In this document: positions 1-11,433 of the stretch, piece by piece
Layout: every line of letters starts with the position of its first letter
Position numbering within the stretch: the stretch's first letter is position 1
Assembly: GCF_024700885.2 (NCBI RefSeq)
Contig: NZ_CP117016.1
Direction: 5' to 3' (one strand)
DNA length: 64,000 nt
DNA from: Escherichia coli
Lineage (GTDB): Bacteria > Pseudomonadota > Gammaproteobacteria > Enterobacterales > Enterobacteriaceae
The notes under the pieces: generated by a model
Told to the model about the DNA's origin: nothing
The model's database searches: none
Seen by the model: the letters and a program-made list of their open reading frames with translations, nothing else
Made by a program: the position numbers and the translations under genes

Positions 1-20
1 GACGAGCCATTGTTGGACAT
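1..20 (-). CDS. ppsA: 5' end of phosphoenolpyruvate synthase gene (partial, continues beyond window start)
   Basis: Reverse complement of 1-20 reads ATG TCC AAC AAT GGC TCG = MSNNGS, the remembered PpsA N-terminus; divergent from ppsR as in K-12. Confidence 0.6.
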
Positions 21-352
21 CGAACAATCCTTTTGTGATAAATGAACGGTTTGAGAAACACATTTCTGCGCATTTATCTTTGCATATTTAACCGGATGAA
101 AAAAACGGTGAATCGTTCAAGCAAATATATTTTTTTACTTTTTAAGACTGATCCCAGTGTTGCGCAAATCTGCTCTCTTCGACAATTTCCACATAAACCA
201 TCGGTATAAACGAAACCGTAAAAATGAAATGCTGTTTTCATAAAAAATAAAATTGAAGGTTCATTTTATAAACCAGACATAACGTTCTACGCTTCTGTGC
301 GTTTTTAATTTATGCTTTCATAGAATTATGTCTGCATCACGGGAAGAACAAA

Positions 353-1186
353 ATGGATAATGCTGTTGATCGCCACGTTTTTTATATTTCTGATGGTACG
401 GCAATAACTGCGGAGGTATTAGGACACGCAGTAATGTCACAATTTCCCGTCACTATCAGCAGCATTACGCTGCCGTTTGTCGAAAATGAGAGCCGTGCAC
501 GGGCAGTGAAGGATCAGATTGACGCAATTTATCACCAGACAGGTGTGCGCCCGCTGGTCTTCTACTCCATCGTGTTGCCGGAGATTCGCGCCATCATCTT
601 GCAAAGTGAGGGCTTTTGCCAGGATATCGTTCAGGCGCTGGTTGCCCCGCTACAACAAGAGATGAAACTGGATCCCACGCCGATTGCTCATCGTACCCAT
701 GGCCTTAACCCTAATAATCTCAATAAATATGATGCGCGCATTGCTGCGATTGATTACACCCTCGCCCACGATGATGGCATTTCGTTACGCAATCTGGACC
801 AGGCTCAGGTGATCCTGCTCGGCGTTTCTCGCTGTGGTAAAACCCCCACCAGTCTGTATCTGGCAATGCAATTTGGTATCCGCGCGGCAAACTACCCCTT
901 TATTGCCGACGATATGGATAATCTTGTGCTACCCGCGTCGCTCAAACCGCTTCAGCATAAATTGTTCGGCCTGACTATCGACCCGGAACGTCTGGCGGCG
1001 ATTCGCGAGGAACGTCGGGAGAACAGTCGCTATGCCTCGCTTCGTCAGTGCAGGATGGAAGTCGCGGAAGTGGAAGCGTTGTACCGTAAAAATCAGATCC
1101 CGTGGATTAACAGTACCAATTATTCGGTAGAAGAGATTGCCACCAAGATCCTCGATATCATGGGCCTTAGCCGCCGAATGTACTAG
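353..1186 (+). CDS. ppsR: PEP synthetase regulatory protein (bifunctional kinase/pyrophosphorylase)
   Basis: 277-aa ORF with P-loop-like GVSRCGKT; recognised PpsR/YdiA sequence and K-12 synteny. Confidence 0.9.
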
Positions 1187-1200
1187 AGAACTAGTGCATT
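1179..1200 (+). promoter_or_regulatory. Candidate TrpR operator of aroH (TGTACTAGAGAACTAGTGCATT)
   Basis: Tandem CTAG-containing half sites resembling the trp operator; overlaps the ppsR stop codon, about 140 bp upstream of aroH. Confidence 0.5.
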
Positions 1201-1342
1201 AGCTTATTTTTTTGTTATCATGCTAACCACCCGGCGAGGTGTGACACACCTCGCACTTGAAATCAGCTGCGATTGGTTTATCGTGATGCGCATCACTTCC
1301 CGGTAGTCCTGCCGTAGAAGCAACAAATTTCTGAGACTTGTA

Positions 1343-2389
1343 ATGAACAGAACTGACGAACTCCGTACTGCGCGTATTGAGAGCCTGGTAACGCCCGCCG
1401 AACTCGCGCTACGGTATCCCGTAACGCCTGGCGTCGCCACCCATGTCACCGACTCCCGCCGCAGAATTGAAAAAATACTGAATGGTGAAGATAAGCGACT
1501 GTTGGTCATTATTGGCCCCTGCTCGATCCACGATCTCACCGCTGCAATGGAGTACGCCACCCGTCTGCAGTCGCTGCGCAACCAGTACCAGTCACGGCTG
1601 GAAATCGTAATGCGCACCTATTTTGAAAAACCACGAACTGTTGTCGGCTGGAAAGGGCTAATCTCCGATCCGGATTTAAACGGCAGCTATCGGGTAAATC
1701 ACGGTCTGGAGCTGGCGCGCAAATTACTTTTACAGGTAAATGAGCTGGGCGTCCCCACCGCGACTGAGTTCCTCGATATGGTGACCGGTCAGTTTATTGC
1801 TGATTTAATCAGTTGGGGCGCGATTGGCGCACGTACTACCGAAAGTCAGATCCACCGTGAAATGGCTTCGGCACTCTCCTGTCCGGTAGGTTTTAAAAAT
1901 GGTACCGATGGCAACACGCGGATTGCTGTGGATGCTATCCGCGCAGCCCGCGCCAGCCATATGTTCCTCTCGCCAGACAAAAATGGTCAGATGACCATCT
2001 ATCAGACCAGCGGCAACCCGTATGGCCACATTATTATGCGTGGCGGCAAAAAACCGAATTATCATGCCGATGATATCGCCGCAGCCTGCGATACGCTGCA
2101 CGAGTTTGATTTACCTGAACATCTGGTGGTGGATTTCAGCCACGGTAACTGCCAGAAGCAGCACCGTCGCCAGTTAGAAGTTTGTGAGGATATTTGTCAG
2201 CAAATCCGCAATGGCTCTACGGCGATTGCTGGAATTATGGCGGAAAGTTTCCTGCGCGAAGGAACGCAAAAAATCGTCGGCGGTCAGCCGCTCACTTACG
2301 GTCAATCGATTACCGACCCGTGTCTGGGCTGGGAAGATACCGAACGCCTGGTCGAAAAACTCGCCTCTGCGGTTGATACCCGCTTCTGA
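1343..2389 (+). CDS. aroH: DAHP synthase, Trp-sensitive isozyme
   Basis: 348-aa ORF recognised as AroH; correct K-12 neighbourhood. Confidence 0.9.
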   Translation: MNRTDELRTARIESLVTPAELALRYPVTPGVATHVTDSRRRIEKILNGEDKRLLVIIGPCSIHDLTAAMEYATRLQSLRNQYQSRLEIVMRTYFEKPRTVVGWKGLISDPDLNGSYRVNHGLELARKLLLQVNELGVPTATEFLDMVTGQFIADLISWGAIGARTTESQIHREMASALSCPVGFKNGTDGNTRIAVDAIRAARASHMFLSPDKNGQMTIYQTSGNPYGHIIMRGGKKPNYHADDIAAACDTLHEFDLPEHLVVDFSHGNCQKQHRRQLEVCEDICQQIRNGSTAIAGIMAESFLREGTQKIVGGQPLTYGQSITDPCLGWEDTERLVEKLASAVDTRF

Positions 2390-2478
2390 ATGCGTGCCCA
2401 TTCCTGACGGAATGGGCATTTCTGCGCAACTTGTTGTCTTCTCAACAAATTACTGCTTGCTCTGGCCGCCATAATATT

Positions 2479-2497
2479 GATAATAAGAATCATTGTT
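2479..2497 (+). promoter_or_regulatory. Candidate Fur box upstream of ydiE
   Basis: GATAATAAGAATCATTGTT matches 15 of 19 positions of the Fur consensus GATAATGATAATCATTATC; 23 bp upstream of the ydiE ATG. Confidence 0.35.
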
Positions 2498-2519
2498 ATA
2501 TCAATTATTATTAATTTTT

Positions 2520-2711
2520 ATGCGTTATACGGATAGCAGAAAACTCACGCCTGAAACGGATGCCAATCACAAGACCGCTTCCCCGCAGCCCATCCGGCGA
2601 ATTACCAGCCAGACACTGTTAGGTCCGGATGGCAAACTGATTATCGATCATGACGGGCAAGAATATCTGCTCCGTAAAACTCAGGCTGGCAAGCTGCTGT
2701 TGACCAAGTAG
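2520..2711 (+). CDS. ydiE: HemP-like small protein
   Basis: 63-aa ORF starting MRYTDSRK; the track ORF starts 9 codons upstream at a less likely start. Confidence 0.8.
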   Translation: MRYTDSRKLTPETDANHKTASPQPIRRITSQTLLGPDGKLIIDHDGQEYLLRKTQAGKLLLTK

Positions 2712-2714
2712 CCT

Positions 2715-4190
<1,476 letters not shown>

Positions 4191-4213
4191 TTAAACACCA
4201 GCAAACAGGAGGG

Positions 4214-4927
4214 TTATCGCTGAACCAACGTCGTTATCTGATTTACAGGAACGGCAGGCCACAGACATCCCTGGAGAGCATGGAAATCAAAGGGGGTAAT
4301 CTGTGCCATTATTTCTGGCGTATCAATGCCCCCCGCGATGATGCAATTGCAACATGGGGAAATTTGCGCCTGGATCGCACGAATAAACGGTTCGAAGGAG
4401 CGATGCGTAATTTGTTGCTGAATAAAACTTTTATCCAGCATGACGCGGGTGAAAAGACCATCAAAAACCGCTTTCATTGTGCTATTGCCTGCGCCCAAAT
4501 TACCTAACACAAGGGGATACATTTGCGATAAGGACAAAAGATCGCGATTATCTTTTCCTTCATCGAGATGCGGGTAATTCTCATTAATCAACAGTTCAAT
4601 AAACGGATATTTTAATAGTTCGCCTGCGTAATTATCCCTGTCTAATAATAATGTAGCCACTTGTGGGGTTAAATTAAGCCAGGCAAAGAGTTTATGTTGA
4701 ATAAAAAAGTGTTGGCATGATTTTAGTAATTCCAACTGCTCTGAAAATAATTGCCAATGTTGCTCCTCGGTAAGTTGCGCTATAACCCGACTCGTCGGGA
4801 TACGAACCGTACCATCTTCACTGGAGAAATGGGTAATTAACTCAACGCCGACAAGGTCTTGCTGGTTATCTCTTATCGGCAGGAAATAGCAATCAGAATG
4901 ATAAAGATTCTCCAAAAAAATCTTCAT
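4214..4927 (-). CDS. ydiV: Anti-FlhDC factor, degenerate EAL-domain protein
   Basis: 237-aa ORF recognised as YdiV; K-12 synteny. Confidence 0.85.
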   Translation of the reverse strand: MKIFLENLYHSDCYFLPIRDNQQDLVGVELITHFSSEDGTVRIPTSRVIAQLTEEQHWQLFSEQLELLKSCQHFFIQHKLFAWLNLTPQVATLLLDRDNYAGELLKYPFIELLINENYPHLDEGKDNRDLLSLSQMYPLVLGNLGAGNSTMKAVFDGLFTRVMLDKSFIQQQITHRSFEPFIRAIQAQISPCCNCIIAGGIDTPEIMAQITPFDFHALQGCLWPAVPVNQITTLVQR

Positions 4928-5173
4928 GGTAACCGTCCCTCTCGAAGGATGTTTTTCAGTATCCGGCTAAAAGGGATGAGGCCATAAGACATAACAATTA
5001 CAGAAGGAGTAACTTTCATTTGTTCCATGTTAACCACTTTTTCAGGGGTCCTTTTATTAGATTATCCTGATTATAAACGAATAATCCATTTACGGAATTT
5101 TTGTCTGTAAAATACTACTGTATTCAGGAGTAAATGGACGGAGATGTATCATCGCCGTCAATTTTTCGACATA

Positions 5174-5638
5174 CTAGATTCGTCTCGCCTGCCAGAAATT
5201 TTTCTGCCAATAGACATTATCAAGTGAGGAACGCATCACTCCCTTGCTGGTAGAGGCGTGGATAAATTGGTTGTTGGTATCGTAAATACCTACATGCAAA
5301 CCATTTTGTCCGGAGCCCGTTTTGAAAAAGACCAGGTCACCAGGCAGCAACTCGTCTTTATCAATTTGCGTGCCGATAGAGGCTTGTTGTTTGGTTTCAC
5401 GGGGCAGCTGCAAATCGAAACGATCGCGCATCGTCACAACCACAAACCCCGAACAGTCCACACCGCGCCGCGTCATGCCACCATAACGATACGGCGTGCC
5501 ATGCCAGCTCTGTAGCTGGTCGTTCAAACCGGCAATAACGGTAATCGAATCAGAAAGTCTGGCATTTGGCGGCGGTGCTTTATGGTGGCTACACCCGGCC
5601 AGAAACAGTGCTGTGATCAAAATAAGGCAGAAACGCAT
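5174..5638 (-). CDS. nlpC: NlpC/P60 family lipoprotein
   Basis: 154-aa ORF with lipoprotein signal (LFLAGC) and NlpC/P60 Cys (DCSGF). Confidence 0.85.
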   Translation of the reverse strand: MRFCLILITALFLAGCSHHKAPPPNARLSDSITVIAGLNDQLQSWHGTPYRYGGMTRRGVDCSGFVVVTMRDRFDLQLPRETKQQASIGTQIDKDELLPGDLVFFKTGSGQNGLHVGIYDTNNQFIHASTSKGVMRSSLDNVYWQKNFWQARRI

Positions 5639-5715
5639 TCCGTACGGTTCCTCTGTTTTTTATTCTTGCATTAATTTAGCGTCGTAATTACCCGATTTTC
5701 AAGATACTAATGAAA

Positions 5716-6465
5716 TCAGATGGTCGAAATCAGCATTCTGTGACCTTCGATATCCAGACGGCGAAAATTCATCCCATAGGCCTGCGCCAGATTTGGCGGC
5801 GTGAGCACCTCTTCCCTGCGTCCACTGGCCAGCATTTTTCCACCTTTTAGCAACCACGCCCGATGCGCATGACGCAATGTATGGTTGAGATCGTGACTGC
5901 TCATCACAATCGCCAGTCCTTGCTGACACAGCGCGCTCAGAATTTTGTCTAATGCACTTTGTTGCGCAACATCAAGACTGTTCATCGGCTCATCAAGAAG
6001 CAGCAATTGGCCTGCGGGATTGGCTTGTGGTGTGATTTGCAGCACCACCGCAGCAAGACGTACGCGTTGCCATTCGCCGCCGGAAAGTTGATTGGTGCTA
6101 CGTCCGAGTTTGTCATCAAGAGCCAGCGCCCCTGCGACATCATTCAGTAGTTCGGTACGCGTTTTATCGTGCTGATGCAGTGTCAGGTAGTGCCAGACCA
6201 GCATTGCAAACGGCGGCGTCTGCTGTTGTGAAAGATAGGCGCGATGCAGCGCGAGTTTTGTTGCGGACCATGCTTCCAGTGGTTGCCCCGCGAACTGAAT
6301 GCTTCCCTTACCGCTGGTCATTCCGGCCATTCGCGCCAGTAAGGTACTCTTACCCGCGCCATTCGGCCCCACCAGATGCAGGATCTCCCCAGCCCGAACC
6401 TCGCCAGAAAGCGGCCCAAGGCGGGTAGATTCCGCAACATCCTGTAACTGCATCACAATAGACAT
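5716..6465 (-). CDS. btuD: Vitamin B12 ABC transporter ATPase
   Basis: 249-aa ORF with Walker [10 protein letters not shown] and ABC signature LSGGE. Confidence 0.9.
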   Translation of the reverse strand: MSIVMQLQDVAESTRLGPLSGEVRAGEILHLVGPNGAGKSTLLARMAGMTSGKGSIQFAGQPLEAWSATKLALHRAYLSQQQTPPFAMLVWHYLTLHQHDKTRTELLNDVAGALALDDKLGRSTNQLSGGEWQRVRLAAVVLQITPQANPAGQLLLLDEPMNSLDVAQQSALDKILSALCQQGLAIVMSSHDLNHTLRHAHRAWLLKGGKMLASGRREEVLTPPNLAQAYGMNFRRLDIEGHRMLISTI

Positions 6466-7016
6466 TATTTCGCCAACGCCAGTTTAATGCTTTCCATCAC
6501 AATGGGATCTTCCGGCGTCATATCCGGGGAAAAACGCTGGATGACCAATCCGTCCCTGCCAACTAAAAATTTCTCAAAATTCCATAAAATATCATCAGGG
6601 TACAGCGGTGCACGACCTTTGCTGACCATACGGGCATAGAATCCGCTCTCTTCCGGCGCGACTGCGGTCGGCGCTGCGGCAATCAATTTTTGATACAGCG
6701 GATGGCGTCCTTCGCCATTAACTTCAATCTTACTGAACATCGGGAACGTCACCCCCCATGTAGTGGTGCAGTAAGTTTTAATCTCTTCATCGCTGCCCGG
6801 TTCTTGCTCCAGAAACTGGTTGCACGGGAATCCCAGCACCACAAAACCTCGATCGGCCCAGGCTTTCTGAATATTCTCCAACTGCTCATATTGCGGCGTT
6901 AAGCCACACTTTGAGGCGACATTGACAATCAACAGCACATTACCGGCGTACTTCTCCAGCGTGGTCACTTCACCGTCGATATCTTTCACTACGGTCGTCA
7001 GAATGGAATCTTGCAT
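6465..7016 (-). CDS. btuE: Glutathione peroxidase-like protein
   Basis: 183-aa ORF with GPx motifs ([16 protein letters not shown]); stop/start overlap with btuD. Confidence 0.9.
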   Translation of the reverse strand: MQDSILTTVVKDIDGEVTTLEKYAGNVLLIVNVASKCGLTPQYEQLENIQKAWADRGFVVLGFPCNQFLEQEPGSDEEIKTYCTTTWGVTFPMFSKIEVNGEGRHPLYQKLIAAAPTAVAPEESGFYARMVSKGRAPLYPDDILWNFEKFLVGRDGLVIQRFSPDMTPEDPIVMESIKLALAK

Positions 7017-7078
7017 CGTTTCTCCTGGGTGTGGTCAGTAAAAATCTTAGCTTTTAATCATAGACCGTCTTTTTGCGG

Positions 7079-8059
7079 CTAACGTCCTGCTTTTAACAAT
7101 AACCAGATAAACACCGGCGCACCCAACGTTGCGGTGACCACGCCAATAGGCAGCTCTGCGGCAGCTAATGCCAGGCGCGCTACAACATCAGCCAGCAGCA
7201 ATGCGCTCGCCCCTGCCAGCGCGCAGCCGGGAAGTAATACGCGATGATCGGTTAAACCACATAACCGGAGAATATGGGGGATCACCAGACCAATAAAGCC
7301 GATAGCACCCGCCAGCGCCACACTGACGCCAACCATCCAGCCGGTCGCTGCCACCAGCACATTGCGCCAGAACCACAGGGGTAAACCCAGTTGCCGCGCC
7401 GAGATCTCGCCAAGTGCTAACATATTCATCGATCTGGACTGACAACAGATCCACAACAACACGGGGATCAATGCCAGCATCAGCCAGCTTTGCCGCCAGT
7501 CTACGCCGCCAAAACCGCCCATCATCCAGTACATCAGCTGACGTAAATCAACAGAGGTGGAAAAGTAGATAGCCCACGTCATTAGTGCGCTACAGATAAT
7601 CCCTAATGCAACGCCAGCCAGCAATAACCGACTGGTCGAAAGATGACGACGGGCGAAACGTAAGAGTATTAAAGTGATGATAAGCGCGCCAGCAATCGCA
7701 CACAGCCCCAGCGCCCAGTTGGGGAGTTGCCCTTGCCCAAGCAATACCGCGGCGATAAGCCCCACGCCTGCGCCATTAGAGACGCCAAGTAGTCCAGGTT
7801 CTGCCAGAGGATTTTCAAATAACGCCTGCATTACAGCGCCGGATATAGCCAACGCCGCACCAACCAGCAATACAGCCAGCGTACGTGGCAGGCGAATTTG
7901 CCAGACGAACAGTTCGCCACGAGGAGTAAACCAGTCACCTGGCGAGATCCATTGTTCACCGGCGCAAAGGCTTAAGAGAAGCGCCAGCAGCATCAAAACT
8001 GACAGACATAATAACCAGCGAATATTTTGTCGCTGTTGTTGGCGGGCAAGTGTCAGCAT
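7079..8059 (-). CDS. btuC: Vitamin B12 ABC transporter permease
   Basis: 326-aa polytopic membrane ORF recognised as BtuC. Confidence 0.9.
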   Translation of the reverse strand: MLTLARQQQRQNIRWLLCLSVLMLLALLLSLCAGEQWISPGDWFTPRGELFVWQIRLPRTLAVLLVGAALAISGAVMQALFENPLAEPGLLGVSNGAGVGLIAAVLLGQGQLPNWALGLCAIAGALIITLILLRFARRHLSTSRLLLAGVALGIICSALMTWAIYFSTSVDLRQLMYWMMGGFGGVDWRQSWLMLALIPVLLWICCQSRSMNMLALGEISARQLGLPLWFWRNVLVAATGWMVGVSVALAGAIGFIGLVIPHILRLCGLTDHRVLLPGCALAGASALLLADVVARLALAAAELPIGVVTATLGAPVFIWLLLKAGR

Positions 8060-8113
8060 GGTATCCGTTCTGCTGAAGTGTCATGGCGTTGATTTTACGG
8101 TGACTCTTCGACA

Positions 8114-8141
8114 GTGAAAAGAAAAAAGGCCGCAGAGCGGC
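8114..8141. repeat. attL-side direct repeat of the prophage (copy of ihfA terminator stem)
   Basis: tgaaaagaaaaaaggccgcagagcggcc here versus tgaaagaaaaaaggccggagagcggcc at 42477-42503: one indel and one mismatch. Confidence 0.55.
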
Positions 8142-8267
8142 CATAAACACAAGTAAAAATCAATAAGTTAGATAATTATCAAAGACTTACAGACACACAA
8201 AAACACAGCCAACCACAACAAATAACAGGGATGTGGTCACTTTGTGGATCATATCGCCGCCATAAAT

Positions 8268-8708
8268 TTACTTAATAACAGTAACCACAGCCACAAGCAC
8301 GGCCATCGCAGACAGGACAATACCTGTGAGTAACCAAGTCTGATTTGCAAATGATTTCTGAAGTTCAGTACGATGCTCAGCCATCTCAACTTTCAGAGAC
8401 TGGCGTAAATCAGCCATCTCAGACTTCAGGGATTGGCGAGATTCTGCCATCTCAAGCCTCAACCCTTCGCGAATCTCCAGTACATCAGATTTGGTAGCAA
8501 AGGATTCGCTTCTTGTGGTGAGAGTAATCAGGTTGTTTTTGATTTCAGTCACATCACTTTCCAGGCAACTGACCCGCCGTTCAAGGTCGTCATTCATGCC
8601 ATCACCTCCATCATTACCACTTCCTGTTACTTGGTTGTTGGATACATTATAGGCATTCTCTTTCTTTTTTCTGAACCGCGAAATATGTGCAACATTCTCT
8701 GCCATCAC
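8268..8708 (-). CDS. Prophage cargo: coiled-coil protein with C-terminal transmembrane anchor and three 11-residue tandem repeats
   Basis: 146-aa ORF (possibly shorter from an internal Met); EMAESRQSLKS/EMADLRQSLKV/EMAEHRTELQK repeats then hydrophobic tail WLLTGIVLSAMAVLVAVVTVIK; ATGA overlap with upstream gene. Confidence 0.55.
   Translation of the reverse strand: MMAENVAHISRFRKKKENAYNVSNNQVTGSGNDGGDGMNDDLERRVSCLESDVTEIKNNLITLTTRSESFATKSDVLEIREGLRLEMAESRQSLKSEMADLRQSLKVEMAEHRTELQKSFANQTWLLTGIVLSAMAVLVAVVTVIK
8378..8476. repeat. Three tandem 33-bp repeats inside the 8268-8708 gene
   Basis: Copies at 8378-8410, 8411-8443 and 8444-8476, read directly from the sequence. Confidence 0.8.
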
Positions 8709-9067
8709 TTCTCATCACCCTGCTTGCCTACCCAGTTCATAAAGGCCCGGGCCGAGTAACGATGAACAAACCCACATCTGTTACAGGTAAGTCGGAATTC
8801 ATAGTTATGGATATTTTCCCGATCATGTCCCTCATATCCCGGATACCCAGTAAATGGACCGATGTAATCAAGCATAACAAAAGTGCCTAAATCACACTCC
8901 TCAGCAGTTTTCGGCTCAGGCCCCACCTCAACAATATTCGTCAAATACATGTACATATCCGTATCGCCACACGACAAACATTTTTCATTCGTAGACGACT
9001 CATTGAGAAAACGCGCAAAATTATCGAGCGTTGCCATTCTTTTAAGCTCATCTAAATGAAACTTCAC
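8705..9067 (-). CDS. Prophage cargo: Cys-rich hypothetical protein (CLSCGD...CNRCG)
   Basis: 120-aa ORF starting 3 nt after the int stop, same strand, so likely co-transcribed with C-int. Confidence 0.5.
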   Translation of the reverse strand: MKFHLDELKRMATLDNFARFLNESSTNEKCLSCGDTDMYMYLTNIVEVGPEPKTAEECDLGTFVMLDYIGPFTGYPGYEGHDRENIHNYEFRLTCNRCGFVHRYSARAFMNWVGKQGDEK

Positions 9068-9069
9068 TC

Positions 9070-10047
9070 TTAAGCACCTCCTAGTGGATTAAACCTCACC
9101 GCATCCTGCAGGTAATCCGGCGCAAGATGGGCATAAATCATCGTTGTCTGAATCTTTGCGTGCCCCAGAATTTTCTGGAGCGTGAGAATATTGCCACCGT
9201 TCATCATGAAATGACTGGCGAAGGTGTGGCGCAGCGCATGAACAGCCTGGCCGTCAGGAACATCAGGTGCGACCGTTTTGATGACATCGCGAACCAATGA
9301 ATAATCCAGCGTCGGAAACACCAGTTTCCCGCCCCGTTTTTTGATCTTTTCAAACAGGCTTTCAGAAATAGGAACGGTACGGTTTTTGCTGTTCTTCGTT
9401 TTTGAAAAAGTGATTCGACAATGAAGAACACGGCGCTGCTCCAGTACCGCTACCTCGCCCCATCGCGCCCCGGTCGACAGAAGGATTTCGACAGCCAGCC
9501 GTTCATCGGGATTTTCAGCCAGTGCATCCAGCAACTGAACACATTCAGACTTACTCAGATATCCCATTTCGCGCTCGTTAACCTTCATTCCTTTAAGGCC
9601 TTGAACGGGGTTATCGTTAAGAAAATGGCCGGATGAGATGAGTGCGGTAAACATCGCGCTTAACGCCCCAATCTCTCGATTTATGGTGCTGGGCTGTATC
9701 CCCTGCTCTATCCTGGACACACGTAGCTCGGTGAGCATCGTTGTATTAAGTCTATGCACGCACGGGTCATCCATTGCCTCACTCAAGCGCAGCAATTTAA
9801 GGCGCGTGTTATGCCCTGACTTCATTAGCTGGCCGTGGTATTTCCACCACAAGTCAATAAGCACTGACAGAGGACGGCGATCAATAGAGTTTCCTTTCCA
9901 CTCATTGTTATGCTGTTGCGCCAGCACCCACCGCTCATATAAAACTGCATCCGATTTCGTTTTAAATTTTTTGCGAATGCGTTTGCCTTTACGCCCCTCA
10001 GGGCGCATGTCAAGAAGATACCCTCCCGGAATTGATTTTATGCTCAT
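9070..10047 (-). CDS. int: P2-type tyrosine integrase
   Basis: Recognised similarity to P2 Int, including ...LSTGARWGE..., HALRHTFASHF and the C-terminal catalytic Tyr region; start set at MSIKS, the track ORF starts at an upstream GTG. Confidence 0.85.
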   Translation of the reverse strand: MSIKSIPGGYLLDMRPEGRKGKRIRKKFKTKSDAVLYERWVLAQQHNNEWKGNSIDRRPLSVLIDLWWKYHGQLMKSGHNTRLKLLRLSEAMDDPCVHRLNTTMLTELRVSRIEQGIQPSTINREIGALSAMFTALISSGHFLNDNPVQGLKGMKVNEREMGYLSKSECVQLLDALAENPDERLAVEILLSTGARWGEVAVLEQRRVLHCRITFSKTKNSKNRTVPISESLFEKIKKRGGKLVFPTLDYSLVRDVIKTVAPDVPDGQAVHALRHTFASHFMMNGGNILTLQKILGHAKIQTTMIYAHLAPDYLQDAVRFNPLGGA

Positions 10048-10096
10048 TCGTGAAACCCCAGCGTTACAAGACCACCATGCCCCCAGCGTTCCATGA

Positions 10097-10405
10097 TTAG
10101 CCGGGCTGTGTACCAGTCTTGCGGGGCTTTTGAGAAGACGATGTGTTTTCTGGCCCATCAGGGGAGAGAGAGGGACTGATCTGCCCAGCAGCCTCATTCG
10201 TTTTTCCTGTCATAAGCCAATTCATGTACTTAAAAAAGCGAGGGTGATTAACAATCTTGATAAGCACTTCGCCCCCTATGTTTTCAATCCGCCCCGTTTC
10301 ATAACGACGCAAAGTGCCGATAGGCACATCAATCAGGCCGCAAAATTCTTCGCGCGTTAAATCCTCTGATTCACGAATCACTCTAATTTTTTCACCGATA
10401 AGCAT
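10097..10405 (-). CDS. Immunity repressor, P2 C-like HTH protein
   Basis: About 102 aa from MLIGEKI; resembles P2 C (GxPxGTLxxYExG HTH region); divergent from the early operon. Confidence 0.75.
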   Translation of the reverse strand: MLIGEKIRVIRESEDLTREEFCGLIDVPIGTLRRYETGRIENIGGEVLIKIVNHPRFFKYMNWLMTGKTNEAAGQISPSLSPDGPENTSSSQKPRKTGTQPG

Positions 10406-10410
10406 TGACA

Positions 10411-10462
10411 GTGTTCCTATAAGTACACTAAGCTTGCGCACAAGGTGTACTTATAAGTACAC
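10411..10462. promoter_or_regulatory. Putative operator of the immunity switch: 18-bp perfect palindrome plus imperfect upstream copy
   Basis: gtgtacttataagtacac at 10445-10462 is a perfect inverted repeat; gtgttcctataagtacac at 10411-10428 is a degenerate copy; between divergent C and cox-position genes. Confidence 0.5.
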
Positions 10463-10501
10463 CAAGTCACAAACAACCACAGATAGCGCAGGTTATCACA
10501 C

Positions 10502-10780
10502 ATGGCAAAAGTCCTGAACACACACGAACAGGCAGACTTTGAGCGTTTAGCAGCGTTCTATCCCTACCGCGATGAGCATGGGTTACCAGTACTTGAAGAA
10601 AGCCTGAAAGATTACGCAAAGCGTACCAACCAAGCTGTTAACACAGTGAAAAGACAGGCTGACAGAGGTTCAATTCCCATCAACCAAGATGAAAAGAACT
10701 CAAGACGCACAGTAAATCTTTTCGCTCTTTTCCTGAAAACAATCAGGAGCGCAGAGAAATACGTGCAGATGACAAAATAA
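10502..10780 (+). CDS. First early-operon gene in the cox/apl position (putative excisionase/early regulator)
   Basis: 92-aa ORF divergent from C; assignment is positional, sequence similarity to P2 Cox not established. Confidence 0.45.
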   Translation: MAKVLNTHEQADFERLAAFYPYRDEHGLPVLEESLKDYAKRTNQAVNTVKRQADRGSIPINQDEKNSRRTVNLFALFLKTIRSAEKYVQMTK

Positions 10781-10794
10781 CGAGGTGTCATTTT

Positions 10795-11133
10795 ATGCTG
10801 AAGCAACGCCGTAATTTTCGTACCGGAACAGAACGCCACGCTAACCATTTCGCTACCAACGCATCACGCAGCAACATCCGCTACAGCCTGAGCGAGACGC
10901 ACGCAACACCTGATGGCCACACAGTAAAACAAATTGGCGAACACACCTGGCTAATTGAAAAAGCTGGAATCGTGGTTCACAGATGCCCACGCAATCCGTT
11001 TACCGGAAACCGCATTTTTGCACTAAGCAGCGGCGACAATCAGTTCGGACAGGATTTCACATTGTACGAAGCACTTCGCACGGTTGATCGTCTGCTTCGC
11101 GGGCAAAGTTTTATTAAACAGACTGATTTATAA
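10795..11133 (+). CDS. Prophage early-region hypothetical protein
   Basis: 112-aa ORF in a co-directional early gene string. Confidence 0.45.
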   Translation: MLKQRRNFRTGTERHANHFATNASRSNIRYSLSETHATPDGHTVKQIGEHTWLIEKAGIVVHRCPRNPFTGNRIFALSSGDNQFGQDFTLYEALRTVDRLLRGQSFIKQTDL

Positions 11134-11143
11134 CAGGTGCGTT

Positions 11144-11422
11144 ATGACCAAAGAGCATGCACAAGGTGTATTTATCCGTTTTATTGATTTTCGCGGTGAA
11201 CTGTTATTGCGCGCATCAGCTATTGATGGAGTTGTCCCATCAGAAAAAAATGCAGCTACTTACGTTTATCTGAACGGCACGCGCCTGACCGTAGAACTTC
11301 CGTACCAGACTGTACACGGAATCATTAGCGAAGCTGAAAAAGCGCGCCAGGCTAATGGCAATGAACCCTATATCGAAATTATTTGCATGGATTCAGAAGC
11401 TGAAATCCAGAAAGCAGATTAA
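11144..11422 (+). CDS. Prophage early-region hypothetical protein
   Basis: ORF from MTKEHAQG preceded by aggtg; the track ORF starts further upstream. Confidence 0.45.
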   Translation: MTKEHAQGVFIRFIDFRGELLLRASAIDGVVPSEKNAATYVYLNGTRLTVELPYQTVHGIISEAEKARQANGNEPYIEIICMDSEAEIQKAD

Positions 11423-11433
11423 AGGGTGTTGCA

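Noticed and set aside
1204-1617. 137-aa minus-strand ORF overlapping the aroH promoter and 5' coding region
   Set aside because: Overlaps the conserved aroH gene and operator; no independent support
7674-8117. 147-aa plus-strand ORF
   Set aside because: Antisense to btuC; Ser/Pro/Ala-rich artefact
9638-10096. 152-aa plus-strand ORF
   Set aside because: Antisense to the integrase gene
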